From: an uncultured virus (IMG/VR IMGVR_UViG_3300011712_000002)
Lineage: Duplodnaviria > Heunggongvirae > Uroviricota > Caudoviricetes
DNA length: 20,000 nucleotides
Reading direction: 5' to 3' (one strand)
Virus record (IMG/VR): IMGVR_UViG_3300011712_000002
A program made the translations under genes and the position numbers. Below, piece after piece: positions 17,005 through 20,000 of this stretch (position 1 is its first letter; every line of letters begins with the position of its first letter). The notes under the pieces are model-generated. The model had not been told where the DNA came from, searched no databases, and saw only the letters and a program-made list of their open reading frames with translations.

Positions 17005-17544
17005 TTAATGAGAGGCCGTTTTGTTCAGATCGTAGCGGTTGGTGATTTCACGCATCCAGAACTCGATGCCTGCTTTATGGCTTTCGAGTTTGTCAGCCAC
17101 ATTAGACAAGGCTTTGACGGTAGAGCGTGGGTTTGACCCATCCAAAACCGGCAGCTCGATATTCATGCTGGCGCTTAACGATGCCAGAGCGTCACCCATG
17201 GCCTTTCCATTGGTGGCCTGCAGATTGATCTGGGAATTAAGGCGTGCGATTTCTTTTTCCAGCTCTTCAACACGTTGGTTCGAGCCTACAGAGCTATCAC
17301 CAGTGCGCGGCGCTTTGTTCGCCTGCATTTCATCGTCAGCTTTAACAAGCAGCTCCAGCATCATCTCCGGGTCTTTCATTACCGGCATCAGGAATTGCAG
17401 TGCGTAAATGGCCTCAACAGGATGCAGGTTCTCTTTAGCGATCAGAGCACGAGCATGTTTGGCCACTTCTGAGAGGCTGACTTCAGAGGTGCGCTCTTCA
17501 GATTGCTTGGCGGCGGCTTTTTTCAATTCGCATAAAATACACAT
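17005..17544 (-). CDS. Hypothetical coiled-coil protein with N-terminal CxxC
   Basis: 179-aa ORF 'MCILCELKK'; AAGGA RBS. Confidence 0.8.
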   Translation of the reverse strand: MCILCELKKAAAKQSEERTSEVSLSEVAKHARALIAKENLHPVEAIYALQFLMPVMKDPEMMLELLVKADDEMQANKAPRTGDSSVGSNQRVEELEKEIARLNSQINLQATNGKAMGDALASLSASMNIELPVLDGSNPRSTVKALSNVADKLESHKAGIEFWMREITNRYDLNKTASH

Positions 17545-17554
17545 GTGCTTTTCC

Positions 17555-17638
17555 TTGTTTTCTTATTTGTGATAACAATTTGTTTTCTCGATGGGTGTAT
17601 ATTGCCACCATCGGAAAAGGCCACTAAGCAATTTGGTT
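17555..17638 (-). promoter_or_regulatory. Class-A promoter/operator cassette
   Basis: TTGTTTTCTTAT 17555, AACAATTTGTTTTCTCG 17574-17590, degenerate site AAGCAATTTGGTT 17626. Confidence 0.75.
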
Positions 17639-17665
17639 CGGCTTGGGCAGGGGAGTGGAGCGAAT

Positions 17666-17689
17666 AAAAAGGCGTCCGAAGACGCCTTT
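17666..17689 (-). terminator. Intrinsic terminator
   Basis: AAAAAGGCGTC-CGAA-GACGCCTTT (UUCG loop on the minus strand). Confidence 0.8.
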
Positions 17690-17691
17690 GG

Positions 17692-17844
17692 TTACTGCTT
17701 TTTCAGTAGCGGTAGAAGAATGACAACTGCGACCGCAAGCAATGCGCCATCGGTGAGCACTGACATCAACCGGCTGGCAAAATCCACCATAACTGCAAGC
17801 AGTGCAAAGAACCCGGCAGCGCCGAGGCGAATGTTTCGGATCAT
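17692..17844 (-). CDS. 50-aa two-helix membrane protein (not in ORF track)
   Basis: MIRNIRLGAAGFFALLAVMVDFASRLMSVLTDGALLAVAVVILLPLLKKQ; ATG overlaps the TerB-like stop (TGATG). Confidence 0.8.
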   Translation of the reverse strand: MIRNIRLGAAGFFALLAVMVDFASRLMSVLTDGALLAVAVVILLPLLKKQ

Positions 17845-18269
17845 CAGATGTACGGATCGAGTGAAAGCTGGAGTGCCTGAGCAATCTTCTTAAGGGCTTT
17901 CATTTCGTCTTCGCCAATGCCATCGTTGTCAGCAATGTCGATACACAGGCACAGAACGTCCACTGCATCAGTGGTGCCTGCAATATCTTCTAACTCACGA
18001 AGAGCCTGGGCAGCTGCGCGGCGTGCGCTTGCTTCGAACTGCTGACGCACGTTAGAGCTGAGCTGAGCGATCTCACCAGCGAAAGGCGCAAATGAAGGAG
18101 TTGCGGCCATGGTCTTTTCAAGCACAGCGACTTCTGCTGGTGAGCAGTCGCCATCGAAATATGAAATGTAGTAACCGCCCCAGACAGTCGCTTCAACCGC
18201 GTCGCGGTTCTCCATTTTTTTAACTTCGATTACTGCTTTACGGGTTTTCTTTTTCAGCAAACCAAACAT
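17844..18269 (-). CDS. Phage-type TerB-like protein
   Basis: 'ISYFDGDCSPAE' and 'IADNDGIGEDEMKALKKIAQALQL' are the two TerB 'DG..E' half-motifs. Confidence 0.8.
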   Translation of the reverse strand: MFGLLKKKTRKAVIEVKKMENRDAVEATVWGGYYISYFDGDCSPAEVAVLEKTMAATPSFAPFAGEIAQLSSNVRQQFEASARRAAAQALRELEDIAGTTDAVDVLCLCIDIADNDGIGEDEMKALKKIAQALQLSLDPYI

Positions 18270-18290
18270 GCGTTTTTCCTTTGTTTATTT

Positions 18291-18345
18291 AACAACTTGT
18301 TTTCTAAGTGGTCATATCGTAGCGCGCCCAAAACGGGGTAAAAGC
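18291..18345 (-). promoter_or_regulatory. Class-A cassette (degenerate)
   Basis: AACAACTTGTTTTCTAAG 18291-18308 with TACGAT -10-like element upstream on the minus strand. Confidence 0.6.
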
Positions 18346-18358
18346 ACTACGTTACGGG

Positions 18359-18532
18359 CTAAAAGAATCCGAGCGCTGCACCCAGGGGCGGAATGAAAAT
18401 GCCGATTACTCTGGCAATCTCTTTGCCACCCCAGAGGGGCACCGGGATGTCAGTCGTGAAAACCTTCACGAGATTGGTGATCCACGAAACAATCACCACA
18501 AAACCAAAAAGCACTAAGCCTTTTAACCACAT
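18359..18532 (-). CDS. 57-aa membrane protein (not in ORF track)
   Basis: AAGGAG RBS; MWLKGLVLFGFVVIVSWITNLVKVFTTDIPVPLWGGKEIARVIGIFIPPLGAALGFF. Confidence 0.8.
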   Translation of the reverse strand: MWLKGLVLFGFVVIVSWITNLVKVFTTDIPVPLWGGKEIARVIGIFIPPLGAALGFF

Positions 18533-18544
18533 CAGGCGTCTCCT

Positions 18545-19063
18545 TTAATCGAAGCCAATCGTTCCACCTGAATCGAAGGAACTGCCTGAGTCATAGCTTC
18601 CACAGCCATGGTCGAATCCACTATGGCTCCCGTGGGAAGAATGGTGGCTGGTGTGGCTGGAACTGCTGCTGACGGAGCAACTGCTTGCGGGGCTGCTATG
18701 GTGCGAACTGCTGGCACTCTGAGAGACGCTGGCGCGAGTTGGAACATCGTCGTTATCGATGTACACAAAAGGCACATGGTTAACATCACTAACAGGGGCT
18801 GAGCTGCGCGCCGAAGTCGTTGAAGCTGGTACTGCTGCATGAGATTTTTCCTTCCCTAGAAAAACTGGCGGATCGGACAACCCCCACAACTCCACTTCAG
18901 AACGGCCACGTTGCTTCTCGACATGCTTTACACCGGCTGCGGTGCCGAACGTAACCAAAGCATCGGAAAGGCGATCGCAACGTGACTCAAGTTCACGGAT
19001 GCGGATTTCCATCTGCCGAAGCTGGCGCTCGAAGCGGCTCTTGAAGAACAAATAGCTGATCAT
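18545..19063 (-). CDS. Hypothetical protein with Ser/His/Gly-rich low-complexity tail
   Basis: ATGA overlap with the upstream gene; N-terminal coiled coil; 'SSSSSHTSHHSSHGSHSGFDHGCGSYDSGSS'. Confidence 0.75.
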   Translation of the reverse strand: MISYLFFKSRFERQLRQMEIRIRELESRCDRLSDALVTFGTAAGVKHVEKQRGRSEVELWGLSDPPVFLGKEKSHAAVPASTTSARSSAPVSDVNHVPFVYIDNDDVPTRASVSQSASSSHHSSPASSCSVSSSSSHTSHHSSHGSHSGFDHGCGSYDSGSSFDSGGTIGFD

Positions 19064-19371
19064 TTAGTTTCCACTCGTTTCCAATCGCAGGCGAGCTGGT
19101 CAATCATCGAAGCCAGGTAATCAACCACCTTGCCATTTGGAAGAACCATCTCTAAACCAGGAAATACGGTGTAACCGTCTGGCTGGTGGACTTCAAAAAG
19201 GTTGAGCGGAAGGCCGAAGAACACTTTGCCTTCAGTTTTCTGGTATTCGCTTGAGCTGATCACCCCGGTGCGGAGTCGTATGGATGTGTCGGCAGGCCAT
19301 TTCTGGCGTGCGAAGGAGGCGCCGGTTTTAATGCCGGTCAAAACGTCTGCGTAAGACAACAACATATTCAC
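19060..19371 (-). CDS. DUF2829 family protein (Tad2-like)
   Basis: 'SYADVLTGIKTGASFARQKW' and 'PGLEM..NGKVVDYLASMIDQLACDW' match the family pattern F.EAL..LK.G..VAR.GW ... W.ASQTD.LA.DW. Confidence 0.7.
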   Translation of the reverse strand: MNMLLSYADVLTGIKTGASFARQKWPADTSIRLRTGVISSSEYQKTEGKVFFGLPLNLFEVHQPDGYTVFPGLEMVLPNGKVVDYLASMIDQLACDWKRVETK

Positions 19372-19485
19372 AAACGAATCCCTTCTTGAGACACAAAGAG
19401 TTACGGCTGGGAGAACCCAGCCGTGTTTGCGCTCCGTCCATGGAGCAAGCGCTAAACCAGCGCCGTCGTCGTCCTGACGGGGGTC

Positions 19486-19521
19486 AATTTAATATTTTGA
19501 ATGTAGGTAGTCAACTACTTA
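19486..19521 (-). promoter_or_regulatory. Sigma70 promoter containing a class-B operator
   Basis: TTGACT-N17-TAAATT on the minus strand; TAGGTAGTCAACTACTTA at 19504-19521. Confidence 0.75.
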
Positions 19522-19569
19522 TTTTCGCCTCGCGCGGGTGAATAAGTTTTATTGGATTTTTATGATTAA

Positions 19570-20000
19570 ATAATACCCAGAATGGGTTTAGAAGTGTGAA
19601 ACCGAACGAATGTGAGGTTTCCCTCGAACGGAGTGAGAGGTTGTGTGTTCTGGATATAATTCACCCAGGGAAGCAGGGTTAAAAAACCCACGCCAACCTG
19701 AGCAAATCATAGCCAGAAACTATGACCGAGATCTAATGCCAGTCCCGGTTAGGAAGGTTGTGGGCAGCAATACCCCAGAATCGAGATCCTTCCTCACTGT
19801 AGGAGGGGAACACCAGACACCAACCTCTTGGAACTCGTCTGTTTTCGACAACCTACAGTGACTCCTTTTCTCTCCTGCTTTGATTCTCCCTCTCCCCGAG
19901 CGGCTTTCGCGTCCCGGTTCGATCGCTGGTAACAGGTTCCTTTAAGCAGACGCCAGCGCCATAATCCTCCACCCATCTGCCGAGCCATTCCGAAAAATGA
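19570..20000 (-). ncRNA. Candidate large structured non-coding RNA (may extend past the window)
   Basis: At least eight stems, with GAAA tetraloops and G-U pairs that only work on the minus strand; no convincing ORF. Confidence 0.45.

Noticed and set aside
17844..18269. Tellurite-resistance (ter) operon
   Set aside because: Only a lone phage-type TerB-like gene; no terA/C/D/Z
19794..19988. 64-aa and 72-aa ORFs at the right edge
   Set aside because: No recognisable protein features; the region is better explained by RNA structure, though a GGAGG-ATG near 19962 means a short peptide is not excluded
1..20000. tRNA, rRNA, IS/transposase, integrase, reverse transcriptase
   Set aside because: No supporting motifs seen by eye

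Overview
A 20-kb accessory/early-gene region of a large enterobacterial mobile element. Gene content (SF2 helicase end, phage-type TerB, RelA/SpoT-type HD hydrolase, DUF2829/Tad2-like protein, DUF4942 methyltransferase, SOS-boxed umuC, tail-tip-like genes) fits an SSU5/pHCM2-type phage-plasmid; this is inferred, since no rep, capsid or terminase gene is in the window. Many short leftward genes share a promoter/operator cassette (GCC-N13/14-[-10] plus palindrome AAACAAWTTGTTT, about 9 copies). A second operator (TAGGTRGTYAMCTACTTA) sits in two sigma70 promoters. Other points of interest: a protein with two tandem Hfq/Sm-like domains, several hairpin-rich non-coding segments including a >430-nt candidate RNA at the right edge, a 1.3-kb repeat-bearing non-coding block, a triplicated hairpin, two frameshifted small genes and two membrane ORFs missed by the ORF track, and AT-rich single-gene inserts (DUF3800-like, LprI-like, Zn-ribbon protein).
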